Shown piece by piece: positions 12,501 through 23,913 of a stretch of DNA of 64,000 bases. A program made the translations under genes and the position numbers. The stretch covers positions 15,562,001 through 15,626,000 of the forward strand of contig OZ038379.1 of assembly GCA_964036045.1 (NCBI GenBank), written 5' to 3'. The stretch's first letter is position 1. The number at the start of each line of letters is the position of its first letter. Source of the DNA: Eutreptiella sp. 'Long Island Sound 2002'. Lineage: Eukaryota; Protista; Euglenida. The notes under the pieces are model-generated. The model was not told the origin of the DNA. It made no database searches and was given only the letters and a program-made list of their open reading frames with translations.

Positions 12501-15500
12501 CCACCTGCTGGGGTGCGGAATGCACAGTGCGTGCCTTCTTTTTCTTCTTTCGCGCCAACAGTCGACCCCCGCCCCCCAACTGTGACCACGAGAACACAAA
12601 AACATGTTGTCAACAGCAGGAAGCAGCCTGTGCAGCAAGTTCCCCCTCTGCCCACGTTCCAGCTGTCGCCCAAGTTCTTCTGCTTGCACTTGCATCTCTG
12701 CTGCTGTTTCATGGCATCTCTTACGAGCATCGACGGGTGGAGATCGGCATTGCATCGGGGAAGCAGATCCCAGCCTCGACGTCACATTGACTGTGTGTTC
12801 TTTTGATGCGTCTGGTTTGGAAGGGCGGGGATATCTCAATTTGCATTTAGCTGCAAAGGTGCGCAGTGGATGGGAGAGTTGGAAGCGAGCTAGAAAGGGG
12901 TGCAACACGGTGCCGTACAACACGGTGCCGATGTGCCCCTCGACTCTGCGTGACCATCCTTTGCGCTGTGTCCTGCTGCTGGGGTTTTGCATGCGTTCTC
13001 TTTGCTTCGGTGCCTTGTGCGGTCTGTTTCGACGTGCGAGTTTGCGCTTTTTTTTGGGTATGCAGACTCTAGTGGCATTGCGAGAGATCCATTCAAGAGG
13101 ACGTGTGCATTTGGATGTCAAACCCGCCAACCTGTTGTATGGTCGCATTGATGCAATCAAGCTTGGTATCCCTTCCCCTTCTGCACAGGCTGTATTAAAC
13201 CTTCATTCTTCAGCTGCTAATGTTTCCCCCATTGCGTGTAGCATCCCTGCCTTATTGATCACCGCAAACACCCCCCCCGCAGCACCCACGCAGCACAAGC
13301 CACCTCCGCATCACAATTGGAGCCGAGCCCCCCCTCCCCCCCAATACCGAGGCTTTGTGCCAACCCCCCCCCCCGCCCAAAGAAAAAGCGGTGTTCATCC
13401 AAAAGGATCGTGGTTTGGGTCGCATGTTCGAGGTTGTGCTGTATTTTACTCACAACACTGTTTTGAGATACATACAAGAGCCAGGTGCAATGTCACCCCA
13501 AGACCAGATGTACAAATTTGAACACTAGCTGAGTCTGTGCCTGTCCCTTCATCGGTTCCCTTAATGAATCCTTAATCATGTCCCTCAGTGGTTTTGCCGT
13601 GATGCTGCCACCACTCCTAGGAACTGCGGCACCCTGGGCTGACGCAATCAGCAGCCATGTCAGCAACCCCTCCCGCAGAACCGCAGAATTTGAGGCTGCA
13701 GGTAACTCGGGAGCCGGTTCACTGACGGGCGCTGATCCGCCACCAAACACAGCACACGACAGGCGAAGATGGTTAGTGGGTTCAGTTTGAAAGGAGAAGG
13801 ATTCATGGTGTCCACAGGCTGCACATTTTGGGAGGGGACCTGGGGGGGGGGGGACAGGGCGTTTTGGAGGTGTGGCGTGACCCTGAGATTGAGCACCTGT
13901 GTCAGGAGGCAGGGAGTGTTCTGGTGATATTGGGGATGCTGCTGTCAAATTCATCGCGTCTGACAGTATTAGCTGGCGGTATAAGTAGAAACTCATCAAA
14001 GAATTCCTCAACTGTACTGGCCCGGAAACAGGAATTGGTGAAACCCGTTTTCCCCGTTTTTCTGGTTAATGATGCCAAAATTCTCTGCGGAAGAAGCCGG
14101 CCCAGAAGGCAGCCAGTTCGGCATTGCACTCTGCTCGGAGCAGCACGTGTCAAATCTTCTCCCCGTGGTTGTTGTGGTTTGAATGGAGCTGTTTAGTGAT
14201 GCACATATTCCCAAGACGTTCAAAAGTCCTGTGCTGAAGCCTCACCTCCGCTTGCAAGCGCCGGTCGAATGGAACCTTCAAAATCACGGGTTCGAAACTG
14301 GGACCATGGCTGTAGGAGTCAAGTGCTTCAACCTCTAGACCGATTCAAGAATCAACCACCCCACCCTGGTTGGGGGGGTGGGGGTCAGGGGCAAAACGGA
14401 ATGTGCTCACCACACGGAGGTCTCAGCGCGGGAAAGGGCAGGTCCAAGGTTGTCACGTGCCCCCTTGGGAGTGGACATCCCAGGGCCTATCAGCCGCCGT
14501 TGGAGAGGACTCCTGCACCGCCAGCATGGGGTGTTTGCTTGGACGCGCTTGGCCAAAGGAAGGGAAAGGAGTGTAGGGGAGTAAGGATAGGCAAGACTGG
14601 TAGGACAAGGCCACTAGTTGGTGATTGACATTGAACGGCACCGCCACCTCACTGACGATCGTCCTAAATTTTCAGGGGGCCCAAACGAGTGTTGCGAGGT
14701 GCGGGCAAGTGCCTCATGGTAACCCTACTCGGAGGTTCCACAAACAGTGCCATGCCAGTTGCCACCGATCGTTCCATACCAGATCCAAGCTCCTTGTGAT
14801 GAGGGGCATGGGGGGTTTGGCCAGCATGAGGCGCATGGGGGGTGTAGGCGCGCACAAGGCGCGCCCAGGAAGTTCCGGTTAAACAAACGAGCTAACCAGC
14901 AAGTCTGCGACGTCCTGGGGCACAGCATGCAATTCACGTGATCTTGCTATCTCATTTGAACGCCAAAAGGGCAAGCCATTTTCTGAGTGGGCCGAACAGA
15001 GTTGAGCAGAACTGGACCAGGGTGTTGGGTGTCCAGGCAGTTGATTGTGGGGTGCGGCACAACCCTGACCACAAGAACACAAAAGCATGTTGTGAACAGC
15101 CTGCAGCAGCCTGCAAGGACAAGGGTAAGTGGGCAGAGGCCAATAGGTGCCGCCAGCGCCAGACAGCAACCCACTCAGGCGTCATGCCGAACCCTGACTG
15201 GTGGCTGGACAAGGGTGGTCGGGAGGGTTTCCGGAAATAGCCTCTGTGCGCCCCTTGCCTGACCGGGGGGCGGGGGGATTTTTGTTGCGCCCCATGCAGC
15301 AGTCTTGTAGAGTCTCGGCCGGTGGAGACCGCAGGATCCGGCAACCTACTGTACCCGAGAAGTCTGAACAAGGCAGGCCATGCGGACCCAACGGAGAGGG
15401 GCCGGATGGCTGGTGGCATTGGCACGCAGTGAATGTCCGCTTTGCCGTGTTGTTCCACATGTTCACTATTTTGCAGCGCCGTTCCTGTCTCTGGTCAAGT

Positions 15501-18109
15501 CTCTCATGATGCATGAGATCAAAGAAGGGGTCAGTCTGTGTCCCACTCACGCACAGGAGATGGTTTGGGGTCAAGCGTCAGGGTGCAACGGGTCGCATTC
15601 ACCTCTTTCTGTACTCAGGAGATTTCGGGACGATGGCCACCATCGGAGAGCCCTGCATTCAGCTGGGGGACTTCTGTTTCATGGCTCCTGAGGTCTTGAA
15701 TTGAGGGGATTGTGAACAGCGAGAGGCAGAGGGCTGCTGTCTTGTTGGATAAGTTCCAAGATTAGTTATTATTCAAAATGTAATAAAGAAATATTTGTTT
15801 GATAGAACTAAGAGCCCTACGGTAATTGATGTACTCGTACAGAAGTACCTCCTTAGGATGAAATAAAAATGCATTGAAAATAGAATTCCAAGTGTTTTGT
15901 GGTTGAACCAGACACGTTCCATCATTGTGCTGGAGTGCTGTTCCTGGACAGATCTGTCTGCTCCCTTCACCCAAGAGACCCAGAATCTGCCGTCCGCTTT
16001 CCCCAGCACTTTATGTTCATGTTTATGTTTATATCTGCAATATCTCTGCTCCACCGCCACGACCGTGGTTGTAGGCCAACTAACAGCAGTGGCTTTTTGT
16101 GCTCTACAGACACTCTGGCCACTGGCCCACTGAAAATTGAAGGCACCAGAATTCCCGAAATTGCTACATACGCAAGTCATTGACACTGTCATGGCAGCAA
16201 TCAACTTAAGATAGTAAAAAAAAACCCCAGCACACCCGTCCCTGACCCGCACGTTTTCTCTTTTTCGCTAAGCATGTGCGAACATTGGGTGCACAATATC
16301 AGCATTGACCAAGAACAGTGAGTCCTGCAGTGTGTTGATTCATCTTCGTTGACTCCAACTGTTTTGTGCGTGTGTTTGGTTTAGTGCACCAGGCCTACCC
16401 GTGCATTTGCAGTTGTTCCAAAAAAACCTTGGGAACCTTGTGTCACCATATTCTGAGTTTGCTGAGGTTGGTTTTGGTGAATGTTGGAGTTTCAGATGCA
16501 GTTTCGGAACACAACCTTTGCCCGTCCATTCTGCAAATTAGTTGTCTCGGCTTCGGTTTGTGGGGGATGGGGAGGCTTTTGCCCCCAAGCCAAACGCCTG
16601 CCGCTTCTGCTAGACGCAAGGATTGCCGCAGCAGGACTCGGTCTGCTACGTTCTGCCACCTCATTCATGTCCTTCTGGTGGCAGATGTGCCTGGTCCATT
16701 CCACAGGTGCTGGTAGGTAAGTCCCCTTGATCCTCGCATCCCCATCATGTGTGTCAGCAATCTACCACTCCTTCAGGTTGCATACTCACGAGGACTCTTT
16801 ACAGATCGCAGCGACATATGGAGTGTGGGTGCTGTTGCTGTCACCATGGCGGATGGTGGCCCTCCACTGTGCCGGGAGGATCCAAAACTGGTAACCCTGC
16901 TCCACAATACCTCACCTTAACCCACACCACACCACAGCTTTGCACCAGAATCTACTCCCGTAGCCTTCGTAACGCAGCGGGGCATAGCGATGCGCAGGTT
17001 TGACTCCTGCCCTGGGCCACCTATTCGTAGTTCGGGGATGTTGCACGGCTGAACAGTTCTCCACAGCCATATTTCTTATGATTCTGCGAGGGCTGTACTG
17101 CCGTAGCATTGGTAATGCAGCGGTGCTCGCATGGCGGGTACCAGCAGATGCGCAGGTTCAACTCCTCCCCCGGGCTATTTTATCCTGGTCCGGCTCCAGA
17201 GATCCTTGTTTCTTCACACTGCGAGGGCTGATACAGCATTGGGTAGTCTAAACAAAGCAAAGCAGATGCCCTGGATGGTTCCAAATACCCATCTCAATCT
17301 TGGTCCAGGTCGGTGATGAAAGGAAAGTAGTGATGGTACGATATGGATTCAACAATCTGCATGCTTCACGAGAGTAACCCTAACCTGATGTGCAGCAGTG
17401 ATAGTATACGCCTGGTGTTGATCACCGCTTTACTCCCCCTTTTGAAATCTCCGCCCGTTTGCAATCCCTCCCGCCCCTCCGGGGGGAACCCTCAGTTCAT
17501 CCAAAAAGCATATGAAATACTAGGTGCCGAAGAAAAATTTTCTTTAGGTTACACTGGAACTGCTGCAGGGTTAGTGCTACAATTCTGTGGTGCAACCCCC
17601 CCCCCAGGAGGAACTGTCACTTCGTCCCCCCCCCCCCCCCGTGGGGGGGAACCGTCACGCCATTGGGGGGAGGATTTCAAGGGGGGGGCTAAGGTCGTAC
17701 AAGAGTGGCGGTCCAGTGGTGGTGGTAGACAATGCAATTGGTGTTCCAGAAATGGTGCACGCGTAATATATAAAGCTGTATGACCGGACTCTGCAAAGTG
17801 TGTGTGAAATGGTGGGCTGGCTTCCGGCAGAGTGCTCTTTAGGTACCATCGCCCACCCCTTCTTTTTTCCTTGTGCAGCTGATGTACATCCATTACGAGA
17901 CTTGCATGGTGCCGTCTTTGTGGGAACCTCACAGATGGAGCCCTGAATTCCGAGATTTCCTGACACGTGTGTCTGTTTATGCTCTGGGCATGGGTATTGT
18001 ACCGCAGCATAAGCCTGAGTGCTCGTGTGCTGTTCTGCAATTTCTGGTTTTGTGGGCACTCTTTCTCTCTCTCTCTCTCTCTCTCTGTCTGTCTGTCTGT
18101 CTGTCTGTC

Positions 18110-18166
<57 letters not shown>

Positions 18167-21100
18167 TCCTCAACAAATACACTTGAACATGTACAACAAC
18201 AGTTTGATCACATCACAACCCCCCCCCCCCCTCTCTCTCTCACAACAAATACAAACGTGGTCTGATGACATCACAAAGTGCAATGCAAAATTTACTTGGC
18301 CTGAGCCTAACGTCAACAACAGGCACAGAAATGGTGGCAAACTAACTAGGATTGAATATTGGGACCGAGCTGGTGGGGGAAGGAACATCGTCTGGGAGAC
18401 TTCAACGACAAATGACGTACACACTAGAAAGTGGATGAGGGCGGCTCAAAAGGGGCTGACAATGAGCCGTATTCATCCGTTTGGGCACCACAACTGGACC
18501 AGGATCATTTTTGGAAAACCATGGTTTTGACCCATTTGAGCCATGTATGGTCCTAAATTGGCCCATTTTCAAGGCCCTTTCGGCCTTGCGAGAGGCCAAA
18601 GTTGCTCAACATGGGCTCAAAATGGGCTCATTCCACTTGTTTGTGCACCCCAAATAGTCCAAAAGTATGTTTGGAAAAACACATTTTTGATCCATTTTTG
18701 ACTGATTTTTGGTCCCAGATCAGCCCATTTTCAAGGCATTTTGTGATTGTGGAGTGGCCAAAATGGCTTGCTATGGGCTCAAAAAGGGCTCATTTCACTT
18801 GTTTAGGCACCCCAAATGGTCTAGGATCATTTTTGGAAAAACACATTTTTGAACCATTTTGGACCCATTTTTTGTCGCTAAACAACCCATTTTCAAGGCA
18901 TTTTGTGACTTTGGAGGGGCCAAAATGGCTTGCAATGGGCTCAAAATGGGCTCATTTCACTTGTTTAGGCACCCCAAATGGTTCAGGATCATTCTTGGAA
19001 AAACACATTTTTGACCCATTTTTGACCCATTTTTTGTCCCAAAAGAGCCCATTTTCAAGGCATTTTGGGATTTTACGAGGGCCAAAACGAGCCACCACGA
19101 GCTCAAAACGTGCCAAAAACACTTGTTTTGGCATTCCATGTGGTCCAAGATCACTTTTTAAAAAGTCATTTTTTTGCACCCGGTGGACCTTGTTTCCCCA
19201 TTTTGGCACCCACCTCTTTGGGCTACCTCCTGCAGCTTGCCACAGCCCACAGGCCCTAGGTATGGGGGTCTAGGTGTCGGTTAGGGCAATTTTAAGGGGT
19301 GGAAACCACCAAAAGTGGGTGGTTGCGGTTGGATTAGGTGTGCTCGAAATGTAGCCCAAGATATGGTCTGTTTTTGGTTTGGGGCCGTCGGTGGCCAATG
19401 TGCACAAATTCTGGGCCTTTTGGGGCCCTTTTGGGGGAGGCTCGCGGACATATTGTGGAGTTAGAGGGGCCTAGAGGGCCCTTTGGCACGGGGAAGTCTA
19501 GCTACATGTGTACAATAGCCACTATTTCCCTTCATTTGGCCATTTTCAGCAAGTTCTAGGGCGGTTTTGGGCAAAAAAAGGCTGATTTTGGCCCTGAATT
19601 GCAAATTTTGAAATGGAGGTCCGGCACTTGCGACGCCCGTTCCCGGCGGCCACCGTTGAGTTTGTGGCTCATACTTTGTGTGGTTGTCCCTCACACCCAT
19701 AGGTACCATCCACCAAAAATTTTGCTGAATCCGAAGCACCACGGCGGAGCTGTGATTTTTCCCCATTTCGCACGTGTTTGTTTGCTTGCTTGCTTGCTAA
19801 ACTTGTGAGGTCCACCCTAGACACTAAAGAGGGTTATAAAACCAAGACTGGTTCCACCAGCTCAGTTACCCTAACCCTAACCAGGACTAAATATTGGGAC
19901 CGAGCTGGTGGGGAAAGGAACATCACCTTCAAGGCATTTTGTGACTTTAGACGGGCCAAAATCGCTTACAATGGGCTCAAAACAGGCTCATGTCACTTGT
20001 TTATGCACCCCAAACAGTCTAGTTATCATTTTGGAAAAACACGTTTTTGACCCATTTTTGACCCTTTTTGGTCCCCAAAAAGCCCATTTTCAAGGCTTTT
20101 TGGAATTCAGGAGCGTCATAACGGGCCACCATGGGCTCAAAACGGGCCAAAAACACTTGTTTGAGCACCCCAAGTGGTCTAGGAACAAATTTGGAAAAAC
20201 ATGAATTTGGACCATTTTTGGACCTACAGATGACCCATGTAACCCTACCCTAGCACGTGCACTGTGCGCGCTCAACACTACTCTGTTGTGCCAAAATGGG
20301 GCATCGAAGGGTGATGACAATATGGAAAAAGGCTTCAAAGTGATCCCATTCATCGTTATTCAGCACCACAAGGGTGCCCAATGCAATTCATGGCTAAAAA
20401 ACACGTTACGAGAACATGCAACTTGAAAAATTATGCAAAAAGGGTGCTTTTCAAGGCCGATTTTGCGGTATTTTGAACCCATAAAGAGGTCGTCGGACGC
20501 ACTACTTGGGTGTAAAACCCACTAGACAGTGACCAAAGGTGATTGTTCATCATGTGCATATCAGTTTCCCTGCCAGGTTCATGGTGCCCAAACGGGCACC
20601 CTTTTTGTTGTCATCTTGAGCAAGGCATGCACAAGTTCCACTCGTGTACGCCTACCATTTTGCTGTGCTGTGCTGGGCTATGTTGTGCTGTGCTGGGCTT
20701 GCGGCTGCGTTGGGCTAGGCTGTGCTGGGCTAGGTTGTGCTGTGCTGCGCTGCGCTGCGCTGTGCTTTGCTTTGATGGGCTTCGCTATGTTGTGGTGTGG
20801 TGTGCTGCTCCCTCCGCAAAAGAGCATGCAGTAGGAGGGACAGTAGAGGGTGTTCGCAATGATCATTGTGCAAAGCAATGAAAATGCTCATTGCAAAGGC
20901 AATTTGTTGATTTGGGCCATCAAGCTATTTTGAATGTAGTCTGCATGAGCAAGGTCCAGGTTGGCCAAAGGAGGCCTTTGGCAAACCTGAGGCGCGCTCC
21001 AGAAGACACAACAAATCCTTGTTCTTGCAACTAGTTGACTGGAATTGGCACCTTGGGATCACCATTCATGAACTTGCAAGTTATCTTGTCTTAGAGGCGA

Positions 21101-23913
21101 TGAAACCGTGGTGACACAATGAACAATGCAAAATGCAACCCGAATAGCATAATTCCGACAAAAGCCGACACAAAATTCCGCCTTTTCGTCAATTTATATT
21201 GCCAATTTTCTAGCAGCAGCATGTGCCACTGCCCGTTCCTCGGATTTTACACGTATTATTTCAGCATATTTTTTAGGCTGAAAAGGACCTATTATGCCAG
21301 GGGGAATTGCTGGCATACTTCGCGCAAGCCTAATCCAGGTGGTTTGGCACCGCAGGGACCCCACTCCGGACTATTGGGACTGGGTATCCTAGTCCCGACA
21401 CCCAGTCATCACGGTGTTGGACAGTCTTGGGCACGCTACCACCCCGCCTATGGATAACGCTCACCGCGGGGGCTGTGGCCCACTTTCACTACATGGCGAA
21501 GTGCCTTACACATGAGTGCCCGCGACACCCCAACAAAGGGCCCCTTTACATGGCGCTCCATGCCGCCCTCCATGCCACGGGAACCATGCCCTCCAAGCTG
21601 GCCCTAGCGCTTGCACGAGCATTTTGGGGCTGCAGCGACAGTGGCCCCCAGCCTGGGGCCCACAGCGACACCTGCAGTCCCAAACGGAGCCGTGGATCCA
21701 TGAGCTACCGCAGCCGGCAACCATCAAAGGGACCATTGTAGCAACGGATGCAGGGATCACTCCGGTGGGTATGGCTATGGCCCTAATGTCGGAGCATGCG
21801 CCCGGCCAGGCGTGGGGTGCGCAGTTAGTGTGGTGTGCATAGTATGTGTGGTGTGCACAGTTAGTGTGGTTTGCATTGTAGGTCTGGTGTGCAGAGTATG
21901 TGCTGTGTGCATCGTGATTGTTGCGTAGCCTCCTCACATTTCTCAGGCTGTTTCGTCAAAGATGCAATGCGCCGGCCCTCTGCTGATGAACTGCTCAGAG
22001 TATGTCGCCAGATGCCATTGGGCGGCCCCTCATTCCCTTAAAGCTGGGTGCTTTCCGAGGTGCTCAAGCCCTCACCCCTCCCTTTCGCTAATTTCTGGCG
22101 TCAGGTCTGCAGAGGTAGGAGGGGTGGGGAGAGGAGGGCGGGGGGTCACAATATGTAATACCTCAAAATGCTCGCCACGCCATGGATTGAATTTTTCCAG
22201 TGTTCTTGAGCAGCACGTCGAAACGAAAGTGCATTTTGCTGGGTTTTCCGCTCGACACGCAGAGCAACCGAGTAATTACCCAGGCCCTCAGTGGGAGGAT
22301 TCAGCTGGGTAATGTCACTGAACTATCGACCACATCAGAACCTTCTTTCTGGCGCTTTGTGGCGTCCAGCCTAAGCCCGGCAACCTTGGGCCTCTAAGTG
22401 TGGTTGAAGGCCATGGAGGGCATTTAGCTCCAGTGGACCGCGTTTTTCACTTTCCCCCACCAAGACCCCCCCCCCCGCCCGCCCGCCCCTTGCCCTCTCG
22501 TGTTCTGTGTCACACTTCCCACATTGGTCGTGAGTACCTTCCCAATTTTACTGGCTTGGGAAAGACTCTGTGTGAAGCAATGCCGGCACCCCCACGGGAG
22601 GGTCGCCAAGGGGCAGAAGCAGCCATTGTGAGTGGTGGCTTGGGACAAGCAACGTACACCATTTCCAATCCATTTCCAAAGGGGCCTTCGGCCCGCTTCT
22701 ACTGGGGTGGGTGGATTGCGTACGAGACCAAGGGTCCCCCCCTTGCCCCGTGAGCGCGAAGGCGTGCTACGCGCTTTTGTTTTGGTCCGCTTAGTGCAAT
22801 CCTGTCATAAGATATTTGGCCCTCCAGTGAGCAAGACCAGTGAGGAAATCTCCCGCCTGGGCCGCGATGGATGGATGATGGACGGAATTATTTTGGTGGG
22901 GGCTGGGAGGGGCGTTGCCGCCCTATGACGAATGATGAGAGACCACTGCAATTACACTGTGCTGAACCGTTTGACCAAGCTGAGGTTTGGGTGATGGTAT
23001 TGCATAGGGTCTTGACAGGATGCAGCTACCAGTGCTGTGGCGGACGTAGGCGGAGGGAGGTGACATCGATTGCGGCTGCGCCTCACAACACTCTCGGAAC
23101 TGTTTTAATTTCCCGCCGACGCGTTGGGACCCACCCAGTCGCGTGGAAGGGGTGGGGCTGGGGGTGGACCGTTCTTTTCGGAGGGTGGCTCATGCACGTT
23201 TGTACACACGAGCAGTCACCATGGTACACGTGCACATAGTTTACCGTGTGCACGCATAAGCACGTGCACCTTGTGAATGGCGATGTGTGTGTGCGTATGT
23301 GTGTGCAATGTGCCAAGCCCAGTGGATGTAGAGACGCCTCAGGTTCTTTTGATGCATGAAAACGATGCGGAAATGCAAGCGAAGGGGTCGTGATGACGAG
23401 CTTGTCAGTGCGTGTGCGGAATGCGTGCCCAGTGCAGCAGCTTGTTCCCTCCTTTATTTCTGGGGCCCTTTGGGTTGTGTGGGATATGGGGATGATGATG
23501 TGTGCGCCGCAAACATGATGCCCCCGGAGTGTGACCAATAGGGGCATCCCTGTGGGTCTCTGGAGAGCCGCCCAGCAGTGTTTGCACTTTCGACGCCAGC
23601 TGGCGTGCCCTCACACGGTCCTGAGAGGAAGCCAGACATGTCTGTGCGCTTCTTTCTATGCCACCATTCACCATTGTGGCAAGTTGTCCGGTGGGTGGTG
23701 CCCGGGATTGGCACTGTGATACATGGTGGCCATTGCGCAGCTGCCCGAGCCATGACCATAACCTGATGCACACGCCTCTTGACACAGCACCCGTGGATTA
23801 CGAAGTACGCCACCAATCCCCTGCTGCTGCTGCATGACAAGTACCAGCCGATACCCCACAGAATCGAAGACAATCCCTTGGTGCAATCCGTGGGCAACTC
23901 AGAAGGGGTATGA
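3430..23913 (+). CDS. Multi-exon STE20/MST-like Ser/Thr protein kinase, 11 exons resolved, 5' end incomplete
   Basis: Exons 3430-3564, 4628-4691, 4941-4992, 5400-5464, 12285-12377, 13066-13165, 15619-15692, 16777-16890, 17879-17966, 21947-21999 and 23788-23913 are AG/GT bounded and phase-compatible. The spliced peptide shows subdomains in order: IFEVGERISSGHYGTVYRG, VAIKK, SEFENL, LWLVMEF, HLDVKPAN, KLGDFG, FMAPE, DIWSVG, WSPEFRDFL, RRPSADELLRHPW. The STE-like assignment is by motif resemblance. Confidence 0.9.
3650..4343. mobile_element. MITE-like element with ~57-bp imperfect terminal inverted repeats, in a kinase intron
   Basis: 3650-3706 (catatctctcggggac...gaacctgccaactttgtgggtttt...cggt) is the near reverse complement of 4286-4343; no long coding frame inside. 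Confidence 0.7.
4628..4691 (+). CDS. Kinase exon, subdomains I-II
   Basis: HYGTVYRGLKKGTCEIVAIKK. Confidence 0.9.
4941..4992 (+). CDS. Kinase exon, subdomain III
   Basis: VAIDGHWVVSEFENLIH(C); gtatgc donor, phase 1. Confidence 0.8.
5400..5464 (+). CDS. Kinase exon, subdomain IV
   Basis: RSNYVVHCEGCYYSEEEDMLW; gtatgt donor. Confidence 0.85.
5851..5982 (+). repeat. ~132-bp direct repeat, copy 1
   Basis: ggggctggggggtttggcatccaacagg...gtggaaccagtaaggcttt...ctacg, closely matching 10587-10719. Confidence 0.9.
5983..8221 (+). pseudogene. Decayed multidomain ORF, probably mobile-element cargo: OTU-like protease, PHD finger, Cys-rich segment, two SH3/KOW-like barrels, DnaJ J-domain
   Basis: TPLDGLCLFHALA matches the OTU DGxCLF catalytic motif. 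After one TGA at 6436-6438 the same frame reads CNAELC...YTCHGCGTWNHRQC...VWSCAQC (C4HC3). It then shows LGTKVWLTG...LNGAEGSI and GSAVRLQGL...FNACEAMV barrels, and ATTEEMKRAYKQLSVKLHRDKN with frameshifted KEKAEGLFKQIGKAKDGLLD (J-domain, HPD replaced by HRD). Confidence 0.7.
8480..10586 (+). repeat. A/C/G-rich dispersed repeat sequence with a ~84-bp tandem duplication at ~10260-10420
   Basis: Strong strand bias; ccagcacatcctc...tacgccaattattgggc...cattcagcacagcc occurs twice in tandem plus a degenerate third part; long ORFs here are low-complexity. Confidence 0.7.
10587..10719 (+). repeat. ~132-bp direct repeat, copy 2, continuing into a dispersed repeat to ~10890
   Basis: Same sequence as 5851-5982; the downstream part resembles 24880-25000 and the reverse complement of 19680-19800. 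Confidence 0.9.
12105..12650 (+). repeat. Dispersed repeat in two parts on either side of kinase exon 12285-12377
   Basis: 12105-12161 and ~12509-12650 match consecutive parts of 14990-15125. Confidence 0.65.
12285..12377 (+). CDS. Kinase exon, subdomain V
   Basis: LVMEFLSHTLERDLPNGQYLKEEFIAGIVQQ; ttttgcag acceptor, gtgtgt donor. Confidence 0.9.
13066..13165 (+). CDS. Kinase exon, subdomains VIa-VIb (catalytic loop)
   Basis: TLVALREIHSRGRVHLDVKPANLLYGRIDAIKL(G). Confidence 0.92.
14990..15190 (+). repeat. Dispersed repeat; relatives at 12105-12650 and ~50735-50790
   Basis: agagttgagcagaact...ggcagttgattg, gaacacaaaagcatgttgtgaacagc and gaggccaataggtgccgcc are shared. Confidence 0.7.
15619..15692 (+). 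CDS. Kinase exon, subdomains VII-VIII
   Basis: (G)DFGTMATIGEPCIQLGDFCFMAPE. Confidence 0.9.
16777..16890 (+). CDS. Kinase exon, subdomain IX
   Basis: VAYSRGLFTDRSDIWSVGAVAVTMADGGPPLCREDPKL. Confidence 0.9.
16953..17177 (+). ncRNA. Two degenerate tRNA-like units (tRNA pseudogenes or SINE heads)
   Basis: T-arm GCAGG-TTTGACT-CCTGC followed by CCTGGGCCA (16994-17019); GCAGG-TTCAACT-CCTCC followed by CCCGGGC (17152-17175); A-box-like TAGC(C/A)TT upstream; no clean anticodon arm. Confidence 0.4.
17433..17689. mobile_element. Possible TA-flanked MITE
   Basis: TA-ctcccccttttgaaatctcc at left is roughly inverted to ggaggatttcaaggggggggc-TA at right; arms are degenerate. Confidence 0.35.
17879..17966 (+). 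CDS. Kinase exon, subdomain X
   Basis: LMYIHYETCMVPSLWEPHRWSPEFRDFLT(R). Confidence 0.88.
18060..18164. repeat. (CT)n/(CTGT)n microsatellite
   Basis: Directly visible. Confidence 0.97.
18340..20225 (+). repeat. ~1.53-kb repeat unit plus a partial second tandem unit, with an internal 162-bp array
   Basis: aatattgggaccgagctggtgggg at ~18355 and ~19889; ttcaagg anchors at 18568, 18730, 18892 and 19054; (CCCTAA)2 at 19869-19880 at the unit junction. Confidence 0.85.
20655..20810. repeat. Degenerate 5-bp (GCTGT/GCTGG/GCTGC) minisatellite
   Basis: tgctgtgctgtgctgggct... directly visible. Confidence 0.85.
21330..21820 (+). mobile_element. Possible LINE ORF2 remnant (post-RT region and start of RNase H)
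   Basis: Frameshifted ...KGTIVATDAGITPVGMAMAL resembles the first acidic motif of an RNase H; no other motifs found. Confidence 0.3.
21824..21910. repeat. ~18-bp degenerate tandem repeat just upstream of a kinase acceptor
   Basis: tagtgtggtgtgca / tagtatgtgtggtgtgca / ttagtgtggtttgca units. Confidence 0.75.
21947..21999 (+). CDS. Kinase exon, subdomain XI
   Basis: (R)CFVKDAMRRPSADELLR; gtatgt donor. Confidence 0.88.
23788..23913 (+). CDS. Kinase exon, end of domain; terminal exon or spliced at GTATGA 23908
   Basis: HPWITKYATNPLLLLHDKYQPIPHRIEDNPLVQSVGNSEGV*. Confidence 0.75.
   Translation, partial: HPWITKYATNPLLLLHDKYQPIPHRIEDNPLVQSVGNSEGV

Noticed and set aside
18568-19130. CRISPR-like periodicity, also the 170-bp array at 35263-35630
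   Set aside because: Whole units repeat with no unique spacers, there are no cas genes, and the context is eukaryotic
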